Origin: a virus
Virus record (IMG/VR): IMGVR_UViG_3300012322_000001
Strand: one strand, 5' to 3'
DNA length: 41,092 nucleotides
Shown here: in pieces, positions 21,318-30,404 of the stretch
How the letters are laid out: the number at the start of each line of letters is the position of its first letter
How positions within the stretch are numbered: the first letter of the stretch is position 1
The notes under the pieces: generated by a model
What the model was told of the DNA's origin: nothing
Database searches by the model: none
Seen by the model: only the letters and a program-made list of their open reading frames with translations
Translations under genes and position numbers: made by a program

Positions 21318-23360
21318 ATGGATGATCGTGAACTCTGTGTGCTGATCGACCGCCAGTCTCGGCAAGCCATTGGCGCCGATGACCTGACGGACGTGCAGCG
21401 CGACGACGCCTACGCGTACTACTACGGCGAGGCGAAGGGCCGCCTTGCTGCGTCCGAGATCGATGGCCGCTCGCGCGTGGTGTCCAAGGACCTGATGGAT
21501 ACCGTGGAATGGGCCATGCCCGCGCTGATGGACACGTTCGCGTCTGCTGATGACATCGTGCGTTTCGAGCCTGACTCTCCCGAGGATGAGCAGGCGTGCA
21601 TGGACGCCACGAACTACATTGGCTTCCTGATCCACCGCAAGAACGAAGACGGCTTCACTACCATCCATGACGCGGTGAAGTCGTCGCTGATCGCCCGCAC
21701 TGGTTGGGGCAAGTGCTACGTCGAAGAGGCGCAGGACTATCGCCAGGAGCGCTATTCCGGTCTGACGCAACAGGAAGTGCAGATTCTGGAGGGTGACCCA
21801 GAGATCGAGATCGTTGAGCAGTACGAGACGGGCATGGTTCCTGCCCCCGTGCCGCCGCAACCCGGTCAGCCGCCTCAGCTTGTGCCGCTGTTCGATGTGG
21901 TGTGCCGGCGCGCTGAGAACGTCACGCAGTTCCGCAATGAAGGCGTGCCACCGGAAGAGATCCGCGTCAGCAAGGAAACGCGCGTCCTGAGCGATTGCCA
22001 CTTCATCGAGCACCGCCGCGAGGTGACACTGAGCTATCTGCGGGAACAGGGCTACGAGGAAAGCCAGATCGCCCAATTGGCATCCGACCAGATGAGCCGC
22101 TACAGCGACAACGAAGCGGCGCGCATGGACTACGACGACACCGATCCGCTGCGCAATGAGCCGATTGACGAGAGCCAGCGCAAGGTCTGGTTGTCGGAAA
22201 GCTACCTGCGTGTGGACTTCGATGGCGATGGCAAGACCGAGTATCGCCGCGTGGTCAAGGTGCTGAGCGTCATCTTCGAGAACGATGTAGTGGATGACCA
22301 TCCGTTTTGGCTGATGTCGCCAATCCTCATGCCCTACAAAATCCAGGGCCTGAGCATGTATGACTTGGTGGAGGATTTGCAGCAGATCAAGACCTCGCTC
22401 ACCCGTGAGGTGCTGAACAACGCCTACCTAGCCAACAACCCCATGAAGGAGGTTGTTGAGAACGGCATCATTGACATGGATGAGCTGCTGACCCCGCGTG
22501 TCGGCGGCATCGTTCGTGTCAAGGCCGCTGGAACCATCCGCGAGATCATGACGCCATCGATCGCAGCTCAGGGCCTGGAGCTGATGAACCGATTCGATGA
22601 GATCCGTGACACCCGCACTGGCGTGACTGAGATGAACTCGGCGATGAACACCGAGAGCCTGTCTCAAACGAATGTGGGCTCGCAAGGTGTGCAGGCGTTG
22701 ATGAACGCTGGCGTGCAGCGCATCCGCCTGATCGCTCGTGTGCTGGCAGAGACAGGCTTCAAGCGCATGTACTACCTGATGCTGAAGAACGTCACGCAGC
22801 ATCAGGACAAGTCGCAACAGGTCAAGATCAACGGCCGGTGGCTGACCATCGATCCGCGCGAGTGGAAGAACCGCTACAACATGACTGTCTCTGTTGGCGT
22901 CGGCACATTCGGCCGTCAGCAGCAGGTGCAGAACATGCAGATGGTCATGGGGATGCAACAGCAGCTCCTGCAACTGGGTATGGTGCAGCCACAGAACGTG
23001 TTCAACGCAGCGAAACGGCTGGTGGAGGCCATGGGCTACCGCGATGCGGACCAGTTCATCACGCTCCCGCAGTCAGGACAACAGCAGGGCCAGCAGAAGG
23101 ATCCTGTTGCTCAGGCGGCAGAGGCTCAAGCCCAGGCGCTGATCCAAGCCGAGCAGGTCAAAGCTCAGGCCAGCTTGCAGAAGGCGCAGATGGACAACCA
23201 AACCCGCTTGGTGGTGGAGCGCGAGAAGATCCAGAGCACTGAGCGTGTGGCGATGTTTGAGGCTGAGAACAAGCAGCGCCTTGAAGAGCAAAAGATGCTG
23301 GCCCAAGCAGCCCAGGCGAACGCCCGCGCCATGCAGCCACGCCAAGGACCGCAGCAATGA
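21318..23360 (+). CDS. Portal protein, 680 aa
   Basis: Large ORF immediately after the terminase. It has a long Gln/Ala-rich helical C-terminal tail (QAQALIQAEQVKAQASLQKAQ...), as seen in portals with a C-terminal barrel. Confidence 0.8.
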   Translation: MDDRELCVLIDRQSRQAIGADDLTDVQRDDAYAYYYGEAKGRLAASEIDGRSRVVSKDLMDTVEWAMPALMDTFASADDIVRFEPDSPEDEQACMDATNYIGFLIHRKNEDGFTTIHDAVKSSLIARTGWGKCYVEEAQDYRQERYSGLTQQEVQILEGDPEIEIVEQYETGMVPAPVPPQPGQPPQLVPLFDVVCRRAENVTQFRNEGVPPEEIRVSKETRVLSDCHFIEHRREVTLSYLREQGYEESQIAQLASDQMSRYSDNEAARMDYDDTDPLRNEPIDESQRKVWLSESYLRVDFDGDGKTEYRRVVKVLSVIFENDVVDDHPFWLMSPILMPYKIQGLSMYDLVEDLQQIKTSLTREVLNNAYLANNPMKEVVENGIIDMDELLTPRVGGIVRVKAAGTIREIMTPSIAAQGLELMNRFDEIRDTRTGVTEMNSAMNTESLSQTNVGSQGVQALMNAGVQRIRLIARVLAETGFKRMYYLMLKNVTQHQDKSQQVKINGRWLTIDPREWKNRYNMTVSVGVGTFGRQQQVQNMQMVMGMQQQLLQLGMVQPQNVFNAAKRLVEAMGYRDADQFITLPQSGQQQGQQKDPVAQAAEAQAQALIQAEQVKAQASLQKAQMDNQTRLVVEREKIQSTERVAMFEAENKQRLEEQKMLAQAAQANARAMQPRQGPQQ

Positions 23361-23632
23361 ACCCAGAGCAGCAGATTGCCCGGGCCGAAGAGGCCAAGAG
23401 GCTGCTTGAGAGTGAGCTCTTTCAAGAGGCTTTTGAAACCCTGGAACAGGAATGGACCGCAAAATGGATGAACAGCCAAGCCAACGACGAGGCCGGCCGC
23501 GAAAAGTGCTGGCTGGCGATCAAGATGCTCCACAAGCTGAAGGGCGATCTGAGGGCGGTGATGGAAACCAGCAAGATCGCCCGAGCCGAACTCAACAGGG
23601 CGCGCAACCTGGCTCATGGTCAGACGTTGTGA
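23357..23632 (+). CDS. Hypothetical helical protein, 91 aa
   Basis: Track ORF. ATGA overlap with the portal stop. Confidence 0.65.
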   Translation: MNPEQQIARAEEAKRLLESELFQEAFETLEQEWTAKWMNSQANDEAGREKCWLAIKMLHKLKGDLRAVMETSKIARAELNRARNLAHGQTL

Positions 23633-23796
23633 AGGTGCTGGAGCGCATTGAAGGCTTGATCACTATGGTGGCCGTGCCATTCGACACATTCCCGCCCGTC
23701 TATGTGACTGGCAGCTACGGCGCACGCGTTATTCGAGGCGACGAGTTCTCGGTGCGCTTCGACTCTGGCGAGATGATCTACCCGGAGGTGGCATGA
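23629..23796 (+). CDS. Possible small ORF, 55 aa (GTG start)
   Basis: GTGA overlap at 23629-23632. It fills the gap to the next gene and is part of track ORF 23452-23796. Confidence 0.35.
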   Translation: MKVLERIEGLITMVAVPFDTFPPVYVTGSYGARVIRGDEFSVRFDSGEMIYPEVA

Positions 23797-24236
23797 CATC
23801 TCCTGCCATGGTGCTGATCGTGCACAAGGACGCAACAGACTTGATGCCGAATGGCCGTGTGTTCCTTCAGAACGAGGACGGCTCGCCCGCATTGGCCCAG
23901 TACACCACGCTGGATCAGGTATCAGCCATGTTCGCACCCTATGTGCAGCAGGCCACTCCTGCCAGCGCATCAATGGTGCACGTGGACACTGAGCACCGCG
24001 TCATCACCCTGATCGTCAACGGTTCAGGCGCACTGGCATCTCTGCAAATCGCGCTGCCCAACGGAGCCGCAGACCGGTCGGGGACGATTGTTCGCGTGCT
24101 GTTCCGCGTGGGCGTGAATGCGCTGTCTTTCCCTGGTGCACTGATGGAGTCCGAGCCGCCGTCTACGGTCTATGCCGGCGACGGCCTGGCGCTGCAGTGT
24201 GTTGGCATGAACGAATGGATCAAGCTCCCCTCATGA
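23793..24236 (+). CDS. Hypothetical protein, 147 aa
   Basis: Track ORF. ATGA overlaps at both ends. Confidence 0.65.
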   Translation: MTSPAMVLIVHKDATDLMPNGRVFLQNEDGSPALAQYTTLDQVSAMFAPYVQQATPASASMVHVDTEHRVITLIVNGSGALASLQIALPNGAADRSGTIVRVLFRVGVNALSFPGALMESEPPSTVYAGDGLALQCVGMNEWIKLPS

Positions 24237-25264
24237 AAAAGCTCTTCGCCCTGCTTCTGCTTGCCGCATCGTCGGCTTTTGCTGCGCCCTACGACATCGG
24301 GGTGGATCAGCGAAGTCCAACCGACATGTCATGGCAACGCCGTCTCATGGACAGCCCGTCAACAGACGGGCTTTTTATTTACAACGTCACGACCAAGCTA
24401 CCGGAGTGGGTGACTCTGGGTGCGAACGTGGCGATCACGAGCGGAGTGCTCAACTCGGCGCTTGTGCAGCCTGATTGGGCTGCAACGAGTGGCTATGCGG
24501 CCATCCTGAACAAGCCAGTTGCCTTTCCGCCTGCTGCACACACGCACGACGCTGCAGATGTGGTGTCCGGGGTGCTTGCTGATGCGCGCATCCCATCATT
24601 GGCGATCAGCAAGACCACAGGCCTGCAGGCGGCTCTGGATGGCAAGTTCCCGAATCCATCCGGCACTACGGCTCAGTACCTGCGTGGCAATGGGTCGTTG
24701 GCAACCTTCCCGACAGCGGTCTCCGCTTTCACAAACGATGCCGCCTATGTGACCAGTCCAGGCCTGACGACCACGCTTGCAGGCTATGCGACGACATCCG
24801 CACTGACCAGTGGCCTGGCAAGCAAGTTCAACACGCCAGCAGGTACGACAGCGCAGTATGTCCGCGGCGATGGCTCCCTTGCCACGCTGCCGACCACGCC
24901 AGCGGCCTCCCAAGCCTCCGCATCGCGCACGCTGAACACGGCATTCCAGGTGTCCACGACCCGCAGCGCCCTGGTCATGTACTCGGTGCAGATCACAGCC
25001 ACTGCATCCATTGCTGGCGGCCAGAACGGTGACGTGATCCTTGAGATTGCGTCGGACAGCGGTTTCACGGCCAACGTGCAGACAGTCGCTATCGCTGGGC
25101 TGGGCCAGACCTACACCCTGGCAGTCGCTATCCAAGGCGTCCAGCCGCAAACCTCAGTCGTGTCGGGTTTCGTGCCGGCCGGCTACTACACACGTCTGCG
25201 CACCGTGAACAACACGGGAACGCCGACTTTCACATACCGCGCAGGCCAGGAAGTCCTGCTCTAA
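24233..25264 (+). CDS. Tail-fibre-like repeat protein with N-terminal Sec-type signal peptide, 343 aa
   Basis: Track ORF 24197-25264 trimmed to MKKLFALLLLAASSAFA|AP. Repeats GTTAQYLRGNGSLATFP and GTTAQYVRGDGSLATLP. The C-terminal domain is beta-rich. Confidence 0.75.
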   Translation: MKKLFALLLLAASSAFAAPYDIGVDQRSPTDMSWQRRLMDSPSTDGLFIYNVTTKLPEWVTLGANVAITSGVLNSALVQPDWAATSGYAAILNKPVAFPPAAHTHDAADVVSGVLADARIPSLAISKTTGLQAALDGKFPNPSGTTAQYLRGNGSLATFPTAVSAFTNDAAYVTSPGLTTTLAGYATTSALTSGLASKFNTPAGTTAQYVRGDGSLATLPTTPAASQASASRTLNTAFQVSTTRSALVMYSVQITATASIAGGQNGDVILEIASDSGFTANVQTVAIAGLGQTYTLAVAIQGVQPQTSVVSGFVPAGYYTRLRTVNNTGTPTFTYRAGQEVLL

Positions 25265-25274
25265 GGAGATCAAG

Positions 25275-26192
25275 ATGGATGAAGAACTGCAAGGCGGCGA
25301 AGGCGCCGAACTGGACTTGGCTGGGGCCTTTGGCGATGAAGGAGAGGGCAGTCCTGATGATGGTGGCCAGGAGCAAGACCTTGGCTCGTTGATTCCCGAA
25401 GACGAAGGCGCCCAGGCGCAACAGCAGCAACAGGACGACGACCCAGAAGACGAATGGGAAGCTGGCGGCGAGAAGTACAAGCTCAAGCGGTCTGAGCTGC
25501 GCGCCGGCTACATGAAGGACGCGGACTACCGGCAAAAGACGGCCAAGGTAGCAGAACGTGAGCGCGCTGCAGAGCAGTTCGCCCAACGCCTCAATATGGA
25601 GCGCCAACAAAGCGCCAACCAACTTGAGGTGCTGATGGGCACTCTGCAGCAGTCTCTCGTTGGCAGCCAGCCATCTACGGAGTTGCTCAACAGCGACCCG
25701 ACAGAGTACCTGCGTCAACAAGCTGCGCATAACGAGCGTGTGCAGCAGTTCAACCAAGCCTACCAGCATCGACAGCTACTCCAGCAGCAAATGCAAGCTG
25801 CCCAGTACGCTCAGTTCGAGCAGCGTGTCAGGCAGGAGCAATCAGCGCTCCTTGAACGGATCCCGGAATGGCGCAGCGAGAAAACGCGTGCTGCGGAGCA
25901 AAAGGGGATCGCAGAAATGCTCAGTCAGGTTGGCTACCAGCCCGACGAAATCAACTCGCTCAACGACTCCCGCGCAGTCGCATTGGCCCGCGATGCATGG
26001 AAGTGGCGTCAACAGCAGCAGCTGAGGACGGAGCGCCAAGAACCCCCTCGTGTGCCCAAGCCGATCCGCCCAGGTACGGCGAATGCACAGAAGCAAACCA
26101 ATTCACTGGTCTCGCGCGCCAATGAGCGCCTGCGCCGCAACCCGAACGACTCGGATGCACTGGCAGGCCTGCTGGCGGGCAGTGGCCTGTAA
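25275..26192 (+). CDS. Scaffolding protein (putative), 305 aa
   Basis: Very acidic N-terminus followed by a long Gln-rich helical region. It lies immediately upstream of the major capsid gene. Confidence 0.6.
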   Translation: MDEELQGGEGAELDLAGAFGDEGEGSPDDGGQEQDLGSLIPEDEGAQAQQQQQDDDPEDEWEAGGEKYKLKRSELRAGYMKDADYRQKTAKVAERERAAEQFAQRLNMERQQSANQLEVLMGTLQQSLVGSQPSTELLNSDPTEYLRQQAAHNERVQQFNQAYQHRQLLQQQMQAAQYAQFEQRVRQEQSALLERIPEWRSEKTRAAEQKGIAEMLSQVGYQPDEINSLNDSRAVALARDAWKWRQQQQLRTERQEPPRVPKPIRPGTANAQKQTNSLVSRANERLRRNPNDSDALAGLLAGSGL

Positions 26193-26209
26193 CCCAATCG
26201 GAGAACGCA

Positions 26210-27190
26210 ATGCCTGCAAATACCCTGCTGACTACCACTCCCATCGTGCGCCTGGCCGAGGACGTGGAAGACAAGATCTACAACTTTCGCCCCACGGACA
26301 CGCCTCTGGCGTCCTCGATCAGCTCGACCAAGGTCGAAGCCAATCTGCACGAGTGGACTGCCGACGAATACCGCACGCCCAATGCGGACAACGCGGCCAT
26401 CGAAGGCGCTGACGCCACGTTCGTGATCCCGACCCAGCCGAAGGTCTACAGCAACCGCAACCAGATCTTCCAGGACACGGTATCGGTATCTGGCACTGCT
26501 GAGGCAGTCAAGAAGTACGGCCGCGCAAGCGAAATCGCGCGCCTGAAGACCAAGAAGCTGATCGAGCTGAAGAAGGACATGGAAGCGGCGTTCATCTCGA
26601 ACCCCGTGGCCGTGACTGGCACGGGCGCAGTGGCATCCAAGCTGCGCGGCCTGTATGGCTGGATCGCAACCAACAACTCGCTCGGCGCCACGGGCGTTGC
26701 GCCCGACCCGACGACCAACACCGGCCCCACGGCTGGCACACTGCGTCCGTTCATCGAGGACTACCTCAAGACGGTGATCCGAGCTGTGTACGAGAACGGC
26801 GGCGACGCTTCGGTGCTGATGGTCAGCCCGCAACACAAGCAGCGCGTCTCGACCTTCACCGGCAACGTGCAGCGCACTAACGAAGTGGCTAACAAGAGCC
26901 GCAACGAAGTGGTTCTGCGCACGTCCTTCACGATCTACGGCCACGACTTCGGCGAAACCAAGGTCGTGCCCAACCGCGTGATGACGGGCAGCCGCGCCGG
27001 CCTGGTGAACACGTCCTACGTGATCGACTACGACAAGATCAAGCGCGGTTCTCTGCGTGGCATGCAGTCGCAGAAGCTGGCAAACGTGGGCGACAGCGAG
27101 CAATGGCAGATGCTGACCGAAGTTTCCCTGGTTGTCGGCCAGGAAAGCACGCTTGGCGCGATCCGCGACCTGACCGTGACCGGCGCGTAA
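26210..27190 (+). CDS. Major capsid protein, 326 aa
   Basis: Position after the scaffold, size, strong codon bias, and a strong terminator immediately downstream. The composition is typical of HK97-fold capsid proteins. Confidence 0.8.
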   Translation: MPANTLLTTTPIVRLAEDVEDKIYNFRPTDTPLASSISSTKVEANLHEWTADEYRTPNADNAAIEGADATFVIPTQPKVYSNRNQIFQDTVSVSGTAEAVKKYGRASEIARLKTKKLIELKKDMEAAFISNPVAVTGTGAVASKLRGLYGWIATNNSLGATGVAPDPTTNTGPTAGTLRPFIEDYLKTVIRAVYENGGDASVLMVSPQHKQRVSTFTGNVQRTNEVANKSRNEVVLRTSFTIYGHDFGETKVVPNRVMTGSRAGLVNTSYVIDYDKIKRGSLRGMQSQKLANVGDSEQWQMLTEVSLVVGQESTLGAIRDLTVTGA

Positions 27191-27213
27191 GCACCAAGCG
27201 AGTCAGAAACCGA

Positions 27214-27247
27214 GGGGGCTGGAGAAATCCAGCTCCCTTTTTCTTTG
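27214..27247 (+). terminator. Intrinsic terminator or attenuator after the capsid gene
   Basis: GGGGGCTGGA-GAAA-TCCAGCTCCC (10 bp with one G-T pair, GNRA loop) followed by TTTTTCTTT. Confidence 0.7.
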
Positions 27248-27257
27248 GGGGAAAGAA

Positions 27258-27545
27258 ATGCGTCGTGAGATCGTTTATGAAGCCGGCCAGATGCACGATG
27301 CCTTGTTCGTGGACATGGACCAGCTCAAGGCCCATGCGGATTGGTGCCAGGCCCGGCAGAAAGAAGGCCTGACTGAGGTCCATGGCATGCGCATCCTGGG
27401 TGAAATTCCCGGCGAGTTCGTTGAGGCGTATTGCAACAAGAATGGTGTGACGTTCCAGGAGTGGATGCAGAACCCTGAGCACGCCCGCATCATGCTGCGC
27501 GACCCGGCCTTGGCGCACTTCCGCATTCACCCGGGCAAGATATGA
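27258..27545 (+). CDS. Hypothetical protein, 95 aa
   Basis: Track ORF. Confidence 0.65.
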   Translation: MRREIVYEAGQMHDALFVDMDQLKAHADWCQARQKEGLTEVHGMRILGEIPGEFVEAYCNKNGVTFQEWMQNPEHARIMLRDPALAHFRIHPGKI

Positions 27546-28120
27546 ACTACGGCCAGCTGAAGGCGGCTATGACCGCTTACACGCACCGATCAGATGCTGC
27601 GGCGATGGCTGATGTGTTCATGCCCATCGCCGAGCAGCGCATCTATTTCGGTGAGAGCAACTCTCCTGCCGTTCGCTTGTCATCGATGCTGTCCACCGTG
27701 ACTTTGGCAACCGGAACGAGGCCAGCTGGTTTCGTTGAAGCCAAGAAGGTTTTTGAACTGAGCCGCCCAGAGTGCCCGCTTGAATTCCGCCCGATGGAGT
27801 TCATGGACCGGGAGTGCCGCAAGTTCTCTTGGGATGGCGAAACGCTGGTCCTTTCTCGCGACATGTCGTTCCCCATGCAGATGACCTACTACGGCCAGCT
27901 CGCAACTCCGGTGGCGGACGCTGACACGAATCCGATTCTGACCAAATTCCCCAACGTCTACCTGACCTCGATCCTCGTTGAGTTCGCCCGTTGGGCGCGT
28001 GATGACGAGATGCTTGTGCGGGAGGCTGGCAACTATGCGAGCGCTGTTTCCTCGGCGCAATCTGCAGACCAACGAGCCCAGCACTCGGGCTCCATGCTTG
28101 TGATGAGGACACGGCCATGA
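27542..28120 (+). CDS. Hypothetical virion protein, 192 aa (possible head-tail adaptor)
   Basis: Track ORF. ATGA overlaps at both ends. It lies between the capsid and tail-fibre genes. Confidence 0.6.
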   Translation: MNYGQLKAAMTAYTHRSDAAAMADVFMPIAEQRIYFGESNSPAVRLSSMLSTVTLATGTRPAGFVEAKKVFELSRPECPLEFRPMEFMDRECRKFSWDGETLVLSRDMSFPMQMTYYGQLATPVADADTNPILTKFPNVYLTSILVEFARWARDDEMLVREAGNYASAVSSAQSADQRAQHSGSMLVMRTRP

Positions 28121-29202
28121 CTGTCGAAACTGCCCTCTACCCTTCCCAGTTGAATCCTGCATTGCCTTTCGCCTCTGACATGGTGTCAGAGGGTGATGAC
28201 CACATCCGTCTGCTGAAGACGGTCGACAAGACCACGTGGGGCAACGTTGCAGGCGCCGTTTCCGCCTCCCACATCGAGCTGAATTACATCGTTGGCGTCA
28301 CGTCCCCGCTGCAAGGGCAGATCAACGGAAAAGGCGCGATCACAGGTCAAACATGGACCGGCGCACACGTCTTCAATGGCTCAATCGCCGTCCCAACGCT
28401 CGCTCAGGCCACCAGCACCACAGGCGCCGCATCCACAGCATTCGTGCAGAACGAGTGGGTCACACGCCTGCCGAACTACACGGGTCCAATCACGGCGTCT
28501 ACGGCTGAGCTGAACCGCATGGTCGGCGTGACATCTGGCGTTCAGGCCCAGATCAACGCCAAGGCGACGAGGGCCGGCGACACATACACCGGCACGCACG
28601 ATTTCTCTGGCGCAACGAGCATCACCGCCCCAACGCGCACAACTGGCGATGCCACCACGAATGTGGCCACTACCGCTTTTGTGGCTGCTGCAGCACTGTC
28701 CACGGCCTTGCCCGGCCAGGCAGGCAACGCAGGCAAAGTCATCACAACTGATGGCACGAACGCATCATGGACAAGCGTTCTCACTGGGCCGCTGTCGGTG
28801 CCAGCCGGGGCCAGTGGGGCACAAGCCCCCCGCGCAAGTGAGGTCCCGGTACTCGCCCGCACAACGATGCTGCACGAATATTCCAATTCTTCAATGAATG
28901 GGGTAGCGCTTGATGCATGGAAGCAGTATTCGATTGACGCAGGCGCTGTTTATGCTCGGCCTCTTGGGACTTCCGCGACTAATGGAGACAGGTTATCTCT
29001 GATAAACCACGGGAACACCTGGGTTACTGGGAATTTCACAGTGACCATCCCGAGTGGAAGCCTGCTTTTTGTCGCCGGGAATCAGTTGATATCCGGTCCC
29101 AACACGCTTGTTCTTGACTCTGACAAAGTTGAGAAGATTGAGTTCACATGCATTTCCACAAATGGCCCCGGTCTCCCTGTTTGGGTTATGTCGATTTCCT
29201 GA
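28117..29202 (+). CDS. Tail fibre protein, 361 aa
   Basis: Two repeat units of about 60 aa (ELNYIVGVTSPLQGQINGK... and ELNRMVGVTSGVQAQINAK...) with ATTAFV-type motifs. The C-terminal 110 aa are encoded by markedly lower-GC DNA. Confidence 0.75.
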   Translation: MTVETALYPSQLNPALPFASDMVSEGDDHIRLLKTVDKTTWGNVAGAVSASHIELNYIVGVTSPLQGQINGKGAITGQTWTGAHVFNGSIAVPTLAQATSTTGAASTAFVQNEWVTRLPNYTGPITASTAELNRMVGVTSGVQAQINAKATRAGDTYTGTHDFSGATSITAPTRTTGDATTNVATTAFVAAAALSTALPGQAGNAGKVITTDGTNASWTSVLTGPLSVPAGASGAQAPRASEVPVLARTTMLHEYSNSSMNGVALDAWKQYSIDAGAVYARPLGTSATNGDRLSLINHGNTWVTGNFTVTIPSGSLLFVAGNQLISGPNTLVLDSDKVEKIEFTCISTNGPGLPVWVMSIS

Positions 29203-29211
29203 AAGTCTATT

Positions 29212-30030
29212 ATGAATCTCTCTGAAATAGTCAATGGGAGCGGCGGCTTTTATGACCAGTTTTTGTTTGCATCGTCTGGCTCATTCACAGCGCCATCTAC
29301 AGGATTGGTGAGGATCAGCGCGGTTGGAGGCGGAGCGGCCGGGACTTCTGGCGGTCGTGGCGGATGCGCTGGAGGATTTTCCACAATTGTTGTGAAGCTA
29401 ACTAAATCGTCAGTCGTTAGTTTCACGGTTGGTGCTGGTGGGGCGACAAGTGGGCAATCTGGCGGCAACACAACGGTGACAGCAACAGGCGTTTCCCTGG
29501 CTGCTAATGGCGGCTCTGCGACAGCTGGCGGCACGGCATCGGGTGGAGAGGTAAATGTCACGGGCGGTGTATCTGGGAATGTCGCTGGCTCCGGTGGCGG
29601 TGCAGTTGGTGTGTATGGAGTGACGCCAGGTGCATCCGGGGCTCTTGCTGGTTCTGGTGGATCTGGCGTAGGCGGTGGTAGCGCGGCTGCGAATGCGAGT
29701 CCTGGGGGGGGCAGTTTCGGCGCTGGGACTACAGCAGCTCCTGGACTGGGAGGCATGGGATTCGGCGGTGGTCGCATCCTGATGCCTGTTGGCCGCGGTG
29801 GCTATTCCATGTCGCTGATGGGTGAGGCAGGGGGCGGCGGTTGTGGCGCAAATTCTGCGATCCGCGCGGGCGATGGCGGGGTGTTTGCTGGCGGTGGCGG
29901 TGCAACAAACTTTGGCGGCGCGACTGCTGGAAATGGGAATCTTGGCGGCGGCGGCGGCGGGTCGGTTGCGGCTGGAACGCAGGGCGTTGGTGGCCAAGGC
30001 TGCGTGATCATTGAATACTTCAGGAACTAG
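29212..30030 (+). CDS. Glycine-rich repeat protein, 272 aa (fibre or host-range associated)
   Basis: Track ORF. Gly/Ala/Ser-rich beta-helix-like repeats ending in GCVIIEYF. It is adjacent to the tail fibre. Confidence 0.7.
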   Translation: MNLSEIVNGSGGFYDQFLFASSGSFTAPSTGLVRISAVGGGAAGTSGGRGGCAGGFSTIVVKLTKSSVVSFTVGAGGATSGQSGGNTTVTATGVSLAANGGSATAGGTASGGEVNVTGGVSGNVAGSGGGAVGVYGVTPGASGALAGSGGSGVGGGSAAANASPGGGSFGAGTTAAPGLGGMGFGGGRILMPVGRGGYSMSLMGEAGGGGCGANSAIRAGDGGVFAGGGGATNFGGATAGNGNLGGGGGGSVAAGTQGVGGQGCVIIEYFRN

Positions 30031-30032
30031 AA

Positions 30033-30404
30033 ATGAAGCGCATTGAAATCTTGCATTTGGATGGATCGGTCGCAAACATCATCCTATGCGATGAAGATTG
30101 GGCTGAGCAGTATCACCCCGGCTGCTGGAGGATAGCTCCTGAGACAGAGTTGCCAGCATCTACTGCGCCGCGCCACATTAGCGTTGGCGCGTTCTATGAC
30201 CGTTTCGGCGCTGCCAAGTGGGGAATTCTTGCAGATGAGAGCGCTGCAGTTCGTGCTGTCGTGCGCGATGCCAGCATTCGCCAGTACATCGATCTGGACA
30301 ACAGCCAGTTGTCTGCTGGCCTGGCGAAGCTCGTTGATGCCGGGCATCAGATTGATCCGGCAGCGATCATCAGCGCGCCGGTCCAACTGCACGAGTTGCC
30401 ATGA
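30033..30404 (+). CDS. Hypothetical protein, 123 aa
   Basis: Track ORF in the fibre region. Confidence 0.6.
   Translation: MKRIEILHLDGSVANIILCDEDWAEQYHPGCWRIAPETELPASTAPRHISVGAFYDRFGAAKWGILADESAAVRAVVRDASIRQYIDLDNSQLSAGLAKLVDAGHQIDPAAIISAPVQLHELP

Noticed and set aside
21113-21325. The 12-bp direct repeat ATAAATGGATGA flanking the 201-bp 66-aa ORF between terL and portal, which looks like a target-site duplication of a precise insertion.
   Set aside because: The repeat is essentially a stop codon plus ATG-GAT-GA (Met-Asp-Asp/Glu). The same ATGGATGAAG start recurs at the scaffold gene (25275) and ATGGATG recurs at 35714. Shared start context is the simpler explanation. It remains possible that the small ORF is an insertion, but the repeat is not good evidence for it.
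24233-30030. A diversity-generating retroelement (template and variable repeats plus reverse transcriptase) near the fibre genes, as occurs in some related short-tailed temperate phages.
   Set aside because: No reverse-transcriptase-like ORF (no YxDD-type motif) occurs anywhere in the window. I saw no template/variable pair of about 100-130 bp with adenine-specific differences. The repeats in the fibre genes are in-frame protein repeats.
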